Shown: positions 25,686 to 38,327, numbered from the stretch's first letter. The stretch: 64,000 nt of DNA from Octopus sinensis (GCF_006345805.1 NC_042999.1:65410001-65474000); one strand, 5' to 3'. Notes: generated by a model from the letters alone, not told the origin. Numbers and translations: made by a program.

Positions 25686-26529
25686 CAACAATTGAGGGCA
25701 AAATTAATTAATTATTAATCATTTCACCAAGTGTTCAGTATGCAAAGGGACCATTCAAGGCGAATTCAAATTATTACATTATATAAAAGGGCTTAGTAAA
25801 ATAAATTACTTTGCCGCATACTGAACTCATTAGAAATAGCAGCTAAAAAACTTTTTTAAGGCTATTTCTAATACTTAAAGAAAATCTCTCTCATATATAG
25901 TGTTTGCTTAATTCAACTCACAAAAGTTTGGGGGTAAGGACATCGAAAAATCAAATGCTAAGGTTATTCGAGAACGTACGTTTCAAGATTAGTCAAAACA
26001 ACATTTCTATCATCGGCTCAGAAATTCCTTGGTTTGGATTTGGAAACACTGAAAATAAGAACATACCCTTTCGAAGATCTGCTCCCAACTAACAGTGCCA
26101 ACAAATTCAAATAAGCAAGCGAAGAATCTCTGTTCTCCCCTTTCCACCAGCGTGGGTTAAAATCATCAAACACTATGCTTATTTCGGTAAAATCCGAAGC
26201 ATTAATCAGAGGGAGATTAATTATAATTTCAACAATTGAGGGCAAAATTAATTAATAGTGTTTCCAAATCCAAACCAAGGAATTTCTGAGCCGATGATAG
26301 AAATGTTGTTTTGACTAATCTTGAAACGTACGTTCTCGAATAACCTTAGCATTTGATTTTTCGATGTCCTTACCCCCAAACTTTTGTGAGTTGAATTAAG
26401 CAAACACTATATATGAGAGAGATTTTCTTTAAGTATTAGAAATAGCTTTAAAAAAGTTTTTTAGCTGCTATTTCTAATGAGTTCAGTATGCGGCAAAGTA
26501 ATTTATTTTACTAAGCCCTTTTATATAAT
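25678..26529. mobile_element. (TA)n-flanked fold-back element with 273-bp inverted arms and a 35-bp direct repeat
   Basis: 25778-26050 vs 26257-26529 show 1 mismatch. TATAATTTCAACAATTGAGGGCAAAATTAATTAAT occurs at 25678 and 26222. Confidence 0.85.
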
Positions 26530-26532
26530 ATA

Positions 26533-26583
<51 letters not shown>

Positions 26584-26586
<3 letters not shown>

Positions 26587-27900
26587 GAAATATGTTACAA
26601 AAAGACAATATAAAATACACGTGGAAATGTAAGGGTAAAATATGAAAAATCAACGAAAATGCACATTGAAAATAAAAAAGACTATTTATGACAGGTAACG
26701 ACAAATATATACATTTAGATCGACTGGGGTAGTAATAAGAGTCATAAAGGTCATTATTATGAGATGATTATAAGATGATAATAAAGTAAGAGAACAAAGC
26801 GAACCATGGTTTCGGCAAAACCTATTCATCGCTTTGAAAACACGGTGTCAGGTCTACTAGTTCCTGAGAAAAAAGGTTATTTGTAAGGGCGGTAAATATT
26901 TCTGTATTATTTGTAAGGGAGGTAAGTAGTTCAGGATTTAGAGATGTGAGTGGTGAAGGAAGTGTATAGAGGTTAGTGGTTTCAATTGAAGAGTTAGTGG
27001 TGCTCTGTATTGAGTTGTGTGTTCATATTTAGTTGGGGGAGAAATTTATTGATGAAAAATGCCTCTTTATTCAACCTTTGTTGAATTGTGGTGTTCTGTG
27101 AATATTGATAAAAGGGAAAGATTAGGAAATTGGGATTAAGATTCCTGACACACCTTTCTATGTGTTCACTCACCTTTAACTGCCGGTATTGTGGGTGACG
27201 GATTTGCTCTTTGTGAATGGTGACACTTTGACGGAGCGAAATTCCTGTTTGTCCAATATAGAGTTTACCACATCATATGCATGTCATGACATAGATAACA
27301 TTTACTGAGGCACAGGTGAAATTTGATTTGATCTTAAATATTTCTCCTTGTTTGAAGTGAAATTCTAAAACCTCCAGAAGGTGGGGGTATGTTCCACAGT
27401 TAGAACGGCCACATTTTTTCACTTTTGGCTCTGTTGTTAGTGGATACAGTCTAGCGCTCGTTAATATTTTTTCAGTGACTTCGGTTGCTTTTTGCTTTTT
27501 ATTATTTTATATGAGCTTAAAATTTCTTTTATTGTTTTGTCTGCTGTGAGGATAGGAAGATTTTGGGTGATGATGTTGAAGGCTTCGTTGTTTCTAGGGT
27601 TATGTGTGGAAATGTACGGGAATATTTTAAAATCTTGTTTAGTATTTAGGCTAGTTTTCCTTCACATCTGTATATATATTTCCTTAGCTCTTTTGATGCT
27701 TTCATTTACTAATGAGATTGGGCAATGTATTTTAGTTAGTGTAGATCTAAGTTCAAGGAGTCTATGTTCTCGAGTGTATGTATCGGAAACTATGGTGCAG
27801 ATTCTTTTATATGCATATAATATATATTTATGTTTGCATGTGTGTATTCAAATTATTTATATTTACATATATATGAATATATGTGTACCTATACAAGTGT
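26584..27900 (-). mobile_element. Penelope-like element, 5'-truncated (same group as 22010-23260)
   Basis: Minus strand ICTIVSD..STHNPRNNEAF..KVKKCGRSNC..NVIYVMTC..KLYIGQTG..HKEQI..NKEAFFINKFLPQLN (GIY-YIG). The 3'UTR ends at (TA)n near 26583. Confidence 0.9.
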
Positions 27901-27933
27901 TTGTGTATATATTTATAAATAAGCTATGTTTTT

Positions 27934-27969
<36 letters not shown>

Positions 27970-27989
27970 ATTTTAGCGAAAATATATAC

Positions 27990-29065
27990 TGGTTTTGGCC
28001 AGTTTTGGCCCAGGCCATGTCTAACTTAATAGCACCACCTGATGAAGTCTTTCAGTTCAGGATTTGGGCACCACGGCCCATTCGAGCAGAGAGTTATTGT
28101 TTGCGGAGACATATCCGGGTGTGGGTGATTTATCCGGTACTGTTTGAATGAATTTGTCCAAAGACTTCTTGAATTTTGTGTGGTCAGTTTCTTTTTTGAC
28201 GTGCCCTGGTGTAATGTTGAAGAGAGCAGGTCCAATTGAGATGAAATAGTTGTGCCGTATTGTCGTTATGTGATGCGATTTAGATTTTTGTTGTGGACGG
28301 ATGGCACGTGGTCCAAGCCTTGGATGCATTTTGAAGGTGATGCCAACATCATTCGGACAGTGCTGGTGGAATATTTTCCACATCATACAGATAATGTAGC
28401 GTTCACGGCGTCGTTGGAGTGAATACAATTTCAGCTTCTCTAGTCTACCCCAGTAGTCAAGGTCTGACATGCCATCTATCTTTTTTGTGATTGACCTTTG
28501 GGGAGCTTCAATTCTCATAATATTTTGTTTTGTGTAGGGAGACCACAGTGGACAGCAGTATTCAAGGTGGGGTCGGGCAAAAGTGGAGAAGAGAAGGATA
28601 ATAGCGTGGGAATCTCTCGACTGGAAGGTTCTGAGAATCCAGGAACACATTCTGCGGGCCATGTCAACTTTGCTGCTTATATGTGTAGCCCAGCTTATGT
28701 TGTTGTCCACTGTTACTCCCAGGTCTCTGATGTTGTTGGATGCCATGAGAATTTCTCCAGAAGGAAGAGAGTATGGGATTTTCAGAGCGTCCTCCCTTCC
28801 AAAGTGGATCAGTTCAAATTTGTCTTCATTTAGCAACATGTTATTCTTTTCCGCCCATTGGACAACAGCCAGTAGGTCTGACTGAAGGTTTATTCGGTCA
28901 TCCGCGCCATTGATGACCTTCTGGAGCTTGGAGTCATCAGCGAAGGTTCTGATGTTACTGTGCTTGATGGTATCAATAATATCATTTATGTAGATGATGA
29001 AGAGAAGTGGGCCCAACACAGTGCCTTGTGGGACACCACTGCTGACTTTGCTGACTATACAAGTG
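27990..29065 (-). mobile_element. CR1/L2-group LINE 3' fragment, second family
   Basis: VSSGVPQGTVLGPLL..FADD..RDLG..RPHLEYC..RRRERY, followed by a short 3'UTR. Confidence 0.92.
28057..29019 (-). CDS. Reverse transcriptase C-terminal half (5'-truncated, open frame)
   Basis: 320-codon ORF with no stop or frameshift; FADD catalytic motif. Confidence 0.85.
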   Translation of the reverse strand: MLGPLLFIIYINDIIDTIKHSNIRTFADDSKLQKVINGADDRINLQSDLLAVVQWAEKNNMLLNEDKFELIHFGREDALKIPYSLPSGEILMASNNIRDLGVTVDNNISWATHISSKVDMARRMCSWILRTFQSRDSHAIILLFSTFARPHLEYCCPLWSPYTKQNIMRIEAPQRSITKKIDGMSDLDYWGRLEKLKLYSLQRRRERYIICMMWKIFHQHCPNDVGITFKMHPRLGPRAIRPQQKSKSHHITTIRHNYFISIGPALFNITPGHVKKETDHTKFKKSLDKFIQTVPDKSPTPGYVSANNNSLLEWAVVPKS

Positions 29066-29109
29066 AAAATATAACTTATTTACCTAAGTTTTAACGTCAT
29101 CTCCTTCGA

Positions 29110-29420
29110 AAATGTCACTTTGCGCAACAACACACCTGTCCCAATTTGAGGCCTACGAAAGCCTTATAAGTGAATATGGTAGATGGAAACTGAAAAAGCC
29201 CCTCGTTTATATATATATATATATATGTGTGTATATATTTGTATGTTTGTGTCAATGATTGTTCCCCACCATCGTTTAACATCCGATTCGATGCTGTTGT
29301 GTTTACATCCCCTGAACTTAGCGATTCGGCAAAATAGACCAATATAATAAGTACCAGGCTTACAAAAAAAATAAGGCAGAGTCAAATGGCTGAAACAAAT
29401 AAAAAAATAAAAGAATACCA
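29110..29420 (+). mobile_element. tRNA-derived SINE, family A (degenerate)
   Basis: GGTAGATGGAAACTGAAAAAGCC..internal microsatellite..GATTCGGCAAAA..GTCAAATGGCTGAAAC. Confidence 0.75.
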
Positions 29421-29974
29421 AAACTCCGGGGTTGACTCTCGTTGCAGATATTCTACATCTCTTTGCTCCCCTCTACATGTCTTCAGATATTGCTATTGAA
29501 AAAATTTAGAAGTTTACTGAAGATGGGTCTTCGCTAATAACTATTTTCGCTAAAATTTTTGAACTAATTCTGCATTAATTCTTGTTCTCTATATAAAACA
29601 GCACATGACATCTTGTAGATATTTTTAGTTAAATAATATGATTCACTGTTAATAGTTTTGCTTGGACGCGACTGTAGTATGCTATGTATCATATCGCCTT
29701 TTGAATGGAAAACAAACTACGTCCACAGTAATTGCTAATCATGTTTTGGTTTCATTGGAAATTCCAGTGGCCTTTTCAAGAATTTCAAAACAAAAAAGAA
29801 TGGAAACCCCAGGACTAATTATTTGTTGTGAAATGGTGATCGGACAAACAAAGACACAAAGACACACACACACACATACGCAGACACACACACACACACA
29901 CATACACACACACAGAGATATAAGTATGTATGCATATATATTTGTGTGCGTGTGTGTGTGTGTGTGTGTTAATT

Positions 29975-30446
29975 ACACCTATAAGGAGGAGTCGTTCTAT
30001 CCATCCACCAAAGTGAATGGACGTTGGCCAGGAGGAACTGATGACGTCACACGGTATCCAACGTTCATCGGGTGTTTCGACTCTGAAACGTAACATGCCC
30101 GCCCTCCGTTGATAGGTCAGCAGAAGTGACCGCCAAATCACTGCGCCTCATCTCCTCCTGGTTTCCACCTTAACTCTCCCCTCTTACTCCAAAACCAACA
30201 AGATGCTCTTTCAGCTGCATTTCTCATCTTGCCCATAGCTACCCTTCGCTCCTCACCTCTCATTCCAATTGTTGTAAGCATCCTGCATACCCACTGAGGA
30301 TAGAATACTCTACAGCCAACCTCGACTGGGAAAAGCCATACTTGCCATCCTTTCTCCGTGCAATCTTGCAGAAGGTACTCATATCTTTTACATTTCTGTT
30401 CATGTGCCTCATCACACCCCCTCTTCTCACGGGACTGTTAGTTCAA
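29975..30446 (-). mobile_element. HERO-like retrotransposon 3' end, second family
   Basis: ELTVP*EE..RYEYLLQDC..GWQVWLFPVEVGCR..AAERASCWFW, then a 3'UTR containing GTCGAAACACCC. Confidence 0.8.
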
Positions 30447-30453
30447 TATATAC

Positions 30454-30544
<91 letters not shown>

Positions 30545-30548
30545 CTAT

Positions 30549-30706
30549 TGGCTTCTTTCAGCTTCCCGCTATCAGAGCCATTCACAAGGCTTTGATCGGG
30601 CCGAGACTATTGTAGGACACACTTGTCCAAGGTGCCATGCAGCGGCACTGAACCCGGAACCATGTCGTTGGGAAGCAAACATCTTAACACACAGCCATGC
30701 CTGCGC
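30549..30706 (-). mobile_element. tRNA-derived SINE, family A (head)
   Basis: The reverse complement reads GCGCAGGCATGGCTGTGTG..CCGGGTTCAGTGCCGCTGCATGGCACCTTGG. Confidence 0.8.
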
Positions 30707-31011
30707 GTAGATGAATACGCAGCCACGACTCCGCCAAAATATTAAAACAAAATCTTTAGTAAAAGTTATTAACTATCAAAGATAAGAATTTGTTTCGAAT
30801 AGCAGAATGCAACGACGCTTTTGGAGAGTTCTTGCATTGTGTGCATCTTGTGTTTAAGCGCTTTTGTTCTTCAAATTTTCAAAGAGAGGTTTTCTAGGTT
30901 AACTGTTTGATTAGTTCCGGTTTAGTTTCAAATTTAGAATTCTTGTTAAGAATACATTTACATTATTTACATTATTTAAATTCGACGGGTATTTGTCCTC
31001 GTCTTGTTTGT

Positions 31012-31055
31012 TGTAACGTTTCGGCTGATATACTCTCCAGCCTTCATCAGGTGTC
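31012..31055 (-). ncRNA. Minimal type I hammerhead motif (helix I 3' strand lost)
   Basis: GACAC-CTGATGA-A-GGCTG-gagagtatat-CAGCC-GAAA-CG-TT. Confidence 0.55.
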
Positions 31056-31241
31056 TTGGGGAAATTTCGAACCTGGGTTTCTTATTCCTGAGGTATTTTT
31101 CAATGTTTTTATTAACATTAATATCATTATTATCTCGCACTCTTAACCACTACGCCATATGCCCACGGGCATAGGGTGTAGTGGTTTAGAGCGCAGGATA
31201 CTAACCCCAAGATTCCGAGTTCTATTCCTGGCAGTGACCTG

Positions 31242-31303
<62 letters not shown>

Positions 31304-31367
31304 CAACAACAACAACAACATCGAAAAATACCTTAGGAATGAAAACCGAGATTCGAAATTTCCCCAA

Positions 31368-31413
31368 GGCACCTGACGAAGGCTTGAGGGTATATCAACC
31401 GAAACGTTGTGTT
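31368..31413 (+). ncRNA. Minimal type I hammerhead ribozyme motif
   Basis: GGCAC-CTGACGA-A-GGcTTG-agggtatat-CAACC-GAAA-CG-TT-GTGTT. The core is intact, helix I pairs with two G-U, and helix III is the palindrome AACGTT. Confidence 0.65.
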
Positions 31414-32244
31414 AACAACAAACAAGATGAGGACAAGTATCCGTAAATTGTAAATAATGTAAATAATGTACATAATTCCTCATCTCTTAAATATAGAACT
31501 GTAAGAACAGTTCGACTTTTTTCATTTGCACAAATGTCTAGTTGTTTACTATATAGACTATTTCAAAGATATGAATCTTTAATTTACTCTTTGCGATTTC
31601 TCAAACGATCATTTAGTTTTGTTTCTCTTTCTCCAATCTAATTCTCATTGCCTTGTGGTCATGTGACACAAGATGAGATTTGCTTTGCAGTTCATGTTTC
31701 TATTTACCTTCAATTCACTTCTGGTTGTTTCACGTCTCGCAACGACTGCCCACACAGTTTGTTACCTCCATTATTTCCTTCCCAGATGTGAATTTCACCT
31801 TTGTAATGCATTTCATGTGACTGCATGGCTTTCTTCGGTTTTTCATGATTTGTAATTGTTTATGGGATGGAAATTCAAGGTTTGGTGAAGAATTGTGTGG
31901 TATTGTGTAGTTTCTATTGTGTTGTCCGGAAAGTTCGCGCCGATTTATAGTAGCTTACCTTTCGACTTATTTTAGAACATGGTTGAGTCCATAAAATAGG
32001 ATTTGATTAAACCTCCATTTAGAGCACAGTTTAATCTATCTTTTCGTGGAAGAACAACTTTCTCTACAACAGATAAACCCAAAACACGTGTGTTTGGAAA
32101 ATTGAACGACAAAAGCGTTTTTACACAAAATACGCACAATAAGAAAACTTCTTTCTAATAGATTCGTTACATTTCACTTTATGGAAACATCTTTTAAATA
32201 ATGAATTAAAAAATCTCGCTTTATCTCTCTCTCTCTCCCTCTCA

Positions 32245-32312
<68 letters not shown>

Positions 32313-32389
32313 GTCTGTCTGTCTCTCAATCTCTATGTATGCATTCATGTATGTATGTGAATAAACGTATATATATATATACATACATA

Positions 32390-32446
<57 letters not shown>

Positions 32447-32454
32447 ATAATAAT

Positions 32455-32795
32455 AATAAATATAAGAGAGTGGTCACTATGTGGCTCACTCTAGCACTAG
32501 TAATAGATCCAATAGGTTTCAACCACAAAAATACATGTTTCCCATGAAAGTCAGTACGATTGTTAGCGACTTTCATGGGAAACATGTATTTTTGTGGTTG
32601 AAACCTATTCGATCTATTACTAGTGCTAGAGTGAGCCACATAGTGACCACTCTCGTATATTTATTTTTGTATAAAATATTATAATATGTTATAAAATATT
32701 ATAATAATCCAGGTTTCTCGGGGCACTGGGCCACTTGGTGTTGAATAGGTATACTATTAAATTAGTATCTAATTCTCTCACCCTTATTAATTACT
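32455..32795. mobile_element. (TA)n-flanked fold-back element, 98-bp arms
   Basis: 32455-32552 vs 32568-32665 show 2 mismatches and a 15-nt loop, followed by a 130-bp one-sided tail to (TA)n. Confidence 0.85.
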
Positions 32796-32856
<61 letters not shown>

Positions 32857-32857
32857 T

Positions 32858-32893
<36 letters not shown>

Positions 32894-32901
32894 GATATAT
32901 A

Positions 32902-32939
<38 letters not shown>

Positions 32940-32949
32940 TATATATATA

Positions 32950-32980
<31 letters not shown>

Positions 32981-32984
<4 letters not shown>

Positions 32985-33268
32985 TGTTTCTTCTCGAGCC
33001 ATGCCTGGCTGATTAGAGCCGGTTTCCCGGTTTCCCTGGTGTATAGGTTCCCAAACCTGGACGGGACGCCGGTCCGTCGCAGGTGAGCTGCAAGGTGCAG
33101 GAGGAAAGAGTGAGAGAAAGAGTCAGTAGAAGTTCGCCATTACTTTCTGCCGGAGCAGCGTGGAGTTTAGTTGTTTCGCTCATGAACACACACATTGCCT
33201 GTTCTGAGATTCGAACCCGCGATACCTCGACCGCGAGTCCGCTGCTCTAACTACTAGGTCATGTGCCA
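32981..33268 (-). mobile_element. tRNA-derived SINE, family C (full length)
   Basis: The reverse complement aligns end-to-end with 18923-19210. Confidence 0.88.
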
Positions 33269-33285
33269 CCAAACGCACTCACACG

Positions 33286-33318
<33 letters not shown>

Positions 33319-34467
33319 TCACGCACACACATATATATATATGTGTGTATGTTTGTGTGAACGAATATTGATATGTAAAACAGAAAAAAATATATTTATG
33401 CTTGCCTGTGTATACATTTTCAGGTATTTGTCTACATCGGTTTATGTATATCTAATTCGCCGCATAGTTAGAGTACGTTAGAGAAATATGAAGCACTTAG
33501 TATGTAGACGATAAATGTAATCCATCTAGTTCCATATATATGTATATATATATATGTGTGCGTTTATGTGCGCGCGTATGTGTCTGTGCATGTATGTGCG
33601 TGTGTACATAAATAAATGTATAGTCACACACATGTGTATACATGTACATACATACATACAGATAGACAACACACACACAGACATATATATATATATAGAT
33701 ATATGCCTGTTTATATGTATTTATGTATAGCCTGTTCGCCTGAATATCGCAGATACAGACTCCAATAAACTAATTTACAAACAATTATCAAGTACTATTA
33801 AAATAATTTAACATTGTCTCCATACCTAAAACATCTTCCTCTACAGGAATGCTCATGCTCCAATGAATTTAATTTTGTAGAAATACAGTTTTATGTCTGT
33901 ACAGTGAAGGAATTTAATTTGTGATTCAGATGAATGGTATCAGGTACTATAATAAATGAACAGGCATGAGACTCATTCTCTGAAATGAAACTCATCGGAG
34001 CATATCCGTTTTCATAAATATTGATCAAAAAATGATTTTAATAGCTGAAGGACTTTGAGAGCTGTAGACAATAAAGAGTCGTTACGATATTTATTAAATT
34101 ATTTTATAGCCGGATTTTTTGGTGTGTAGGGGTTGTATTTAATCGAACAAAACCTGGTAGCGCCTAACCAAGCAAAATTCAGAAAGGTGCGCCCGATTAT
34201 CCAGCCATTCGGTAAGCCAGTATCCGCAACAAAAATAGAAAGAAAAACCACACAATCATCGTTAACACTGAAAAGAACACCTACTTCAACAAAATCGATA
34301 AAACCAGATATAGAGACTACAACATGCCCAACTAGAAGCACACCAACAGCATTATCACCAAGAAGACGAACAGCAATAATAACCATAGCAACAGAGATAT
34401 ACAAACAACGCCAGAACAAAATCAGAAATATTAACATAATAATAATAATCATAATATGCACTGCTCT

Positions 34468-34477
34468 CTCACTCAAT

Positions 34478-34539
<62 letters not shown>

Positions 34540-34606
34540 CAATAAAAATAATAATAACAATAATAAAAACAACAATAAAAAAAATAATAATAACAACAAC
34601 AACAAC

Positions 34607-34668
<62 letters not shown>

Positions 34669-34697
34669 GGAGAAGAAGAAGAAGAAGAAGAAGAACT
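34468..34697. repeat. (AAT)n/(AAC)n/(AAG)n compound microsatellite
   Basis: Directly visible. Confidence 0.95.
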
Positions 34698-37600
34698 GAA
34701 GAAACTACAACAAAAAAATTATCACCTTATATGCAAAATCCTCATGTATAAATTTCTGAAAAAAAAAAGAAAGATTTGAAAGCGTACGTTCGTTCGACTA
34801 GAACCAAAATGCTTATTCTAGTCGAAGGCCTGGGCGAGATTACCTCCTCATTTACTCCACAAAGGAAGCTTTTTGTGTACACTTAATGAGAAGTGCACCG
34901 CTTTCTCGGTTTAATCACATGACATGGTAATCGTCAAGACAGATTAAAATAATTCGGAAGTCTCTGTAAAATTTCCGGTCAAATGAACCCAGGGCAAAAT
35001 GACCGACTTGCCTACTTTTGTTTTAGTTTTACTCATTTAAATGGCTTTACTGGCAATAAAGTCATAAATATACGGTCGGCATGGATGCAGTAACACATGC
35101 TCAACGACACTATTTCAAGATGTTTGAATGGCATAGCAATTAACGGGAATATGATGTGGTAGAAAAATCTTTCAGCCTCATTGTAGAAGTCTATTCCTTC
35201 GAGGAATAGACTTCTAGATTGGACAAATCAGGATAAATCTTGCGATCGACGATGTCTATAACAAAACCCATCGCGCTACATTGCTTTCGCAAAGGAGTGT
35301 AATTTCTCCGCCCATTGGCTAAGGCAATGGAATATCTATAAAGCTGGATGTATATTTAGATGGAGTCTATGTCTATAGTAGAGCATGTCCACTGAAACAT
35401 CAAAGAATGTATTTGATGGGCCTGGCTGCCAATGAAGCTATCGGTCTGTCTAAGATTGATTGCAACAGGCATGTTGTATATCATTACATTTGTGTTCTGT
35501 TTTCCAGTCGCACTTGAGGAGTCTCTCGGGAAAGAGTTAGGGCACTGTGAAAATTCGATTGCAGTTGACGAAGTGACAGATAAGCTGAGTTTCTATAGGG
35601 AAAGCCAAATGCCGAATGTTAGATGCATCGTACGTCGAGACTACTCCCAGGCATGCAGGACTCTACTTCTTAGCCAATACCGTCTCCGAGAAAACAGCAT
35701 TCTTTTGCGTATTAATACAAGTATGAACGATGATGTTCCCTGAAACTCACACTGTTCTCTTATGACAAGAACAGTATGAGAAGCTTCATCTAAAGGACAT
35801 TGCAATTAGGGCCTGTGAAGGACTTCTAAAGGAAATTGGGAATATAGAAATACATGTCGGGAATATTATATTCTCAGGACAGGTTACAAGGAGTTATGCA
35901 TTTAGTGACGAAACACGCTACCGTTCACTGCCTGTGCATTATCTATTTGTGTGCGCTTGTGTTAAACAGCTGCTAATGCGTTCTGGACAAATCTTGCGAT
36001 CGACGAAGTCTATAACAAAACTCATTGCGCCACATTGCTTTCGCAACGGAGTGTAGTTTCTCCGCCCATTTGCTAAGGCAAATCTATTCATTTGATGGAC
36101 TTATCTATAAAGCTGGATGTATATTTAGATGAAGACTGTTACAGGACAAGCCGTCTTTCATTTAAATTTCAAAATCCGAGTGCAACTGAAGCAATTAAAT
36201 GCAAGGCTTATTCGTGCGTAAAGCTTGATCGAGGTTTGTGTATAGATAACAATAGACCTTTTGATGCTGGTCAATGTAATAGATAATGTATAGATTGTGA
36301 AGTAATTGGATATGGCAGTGTTAAAGAAAAGCACAATGGATGATTCTAGAATAGACACTTTCAAGACAGTGAGGAAGGCGAAGAGAAGTAAAAGAAAAAG
36401 AAAAGCACTTCATATAATAGAGGTTCTTAAGTCCGGGAAATTCAGAGTCGAGAGAGGAGTCCCGTCTTCCGATGCAGTCCTTCTTCACACGTAAGCGCAT
36501 TCACCACGAATAAGGATTCAAACATTTTCAAACTACAAGTAGGTCAGTTGGTCGCGGTGTCCGGCGTGTATCATATATATGAGCCAAATGAAATATTGTC
36601 GCTTCCAAAGCTGCATTGCAAGGAAGGCGAAATACAAGAGGTGGAACTCACGAATTACCACTCATCTGCGTTGCAGCATCCTCCGCAATGCGGCTTATAA
36701 GTTATAAATGTTCATTTACGTAAACAGACAAACATATAACGAATGGAAACGTTTCAACACATTTTCTATAGTTATTTATTAGATCGAATATGTGTTAATA
36801 TTGAAATTACATTTGTTCTACTAACTTTATATGTCTACGTACATGGTTAGAATATCGATATGCATTTTTTCGACTAACCATTATAACTGCACGCACGACA
36901 AGTATTACAATATTTCTTTTATTTTACTAATAACTATTAATTCCATAACGTGTAATGTAAATATCTGTTTTACTACTGTCTGTCGCATACTTCAAAGGAT
37001 AAAACAAATCAGGATAATATTATGTTTCGTCGTATATATTTTCCACTTCAATTTTCCGCAGAAATAAACACGTTTCTCTAATAATACGTTGTTAAGCCAT
37101 AGTATACGCAAATAACTTGTTGCAAATCTTAAAATGCGAAAAATAATAAAATTGTTTTGTGAGCCTGGCATCAATGTAGGCATTAAAATAAATGTTAACA
37201 TAGACACTTATATCAGAGATGATTACTCTGCGATGATGCAATTTACTTAGTCTCAACCTATGATCTAAGATCAGATCACTTAGCAAAGATTGCTAATCGA
37301 AATTACTATTTTTATACGCTATTTTATTTAGTGCTAATGGAAACACTATTTCAAATATTGTAATTCCTAAAGTTTCCAACAGACCAAAACGGACAATTAA
37401 GCAAGTAAATATACGAGATAAAAAAAATAATAATACGAGACATCGTAATTTTGTGACTAGATACATTTTATATGGGAAACTGTTGCAGCAATGAACAACT
37501 GGTACATTGAATAGCACAAATTGTTATTCATATAAATGCAGATAAGAATTGGTCTGTTTCATTTCTTAAGCAGACAACCGAAGCACAGAGAAAAAGTGAG

Positions 37601-38180
37601 AGAGAAAGAAGAAAGAGAGAGAAAAAAAGAGATAGAGAGAGGGGGAGAATAAAATGAGAAAGCGATAAAGTGGTAAATGAGCTACCAGATACATTTTAGT
37701 GGTAAATAACCAGATTCTGTTGAGCGCGAATTAAAGAGAGTGGATTGCTTAAATCCTATGCTATTTCATTTGTCAACAAATTAGCTGCTTATAACACATT
37801 TTTTAAACCGAATAAATTTTTTATGTGTGTAGAGGAAAGCAATCCTTTTATTCTTTTCTTGCATATATTTCCTTACAGGATTACGCTTGTGTACAATTTT
37901 GATATTTAGACACACACACACACGCATATATATATATATGTATATACATACAAACAAACATATATATACGTGTGTGTATATATATATATGTAAAGAGTTC
38001 AAAGCCCCATGAAAATGCATAATCCTTTTCACCTCTATACTCAAGTCCCATATTCTGTGTAATTCCATGTTTCGCATGAACAAACATCACGTTTTTGGGC
38101 AATATTCATAAATTAGAAAAATAAAGTCAGAATATAAAAAATAATTTGGTACTGTTTATAATTCGATTTATTCTCTATGT

Positions 38181-38269
38181 CAGTGCTTCCCAACCTGGGG
38201 TTCACGGGCCCATGGTGATCCGCAAAGGTAGTACTGGGGCTTCGTGTACTAAATTCAAAATTTCACACA

Positions 38270-38327
<58 letters not shown>

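Larger units (their letters stand above)
30955..31500. mobile_element. Head-to-head pair of tRNA-headed, hammerhead-tailed SINE-like elements
   Basis: Symmetry axis at 31165-31166. The right arm is tRNA-like head + (AAT)n + tail. The left arm is the inverted, partly deleted copy. Confidence 0.75.

Noticed and set aside
26160-26215. Hammerhead inside the 544-bp unit (minus strand CTGATTA..GAAA)
   Set aside because: G8 is substituted and the helices do not form the required three-way junction.
34099-34699. ORFs 34133-34699 (+) and 34099-34476 (-) as proteins
   Set aside because: Low-complexity sequence running into trinucleotide repeats. Only the short splice-bounded part is kept as a weak candidate.
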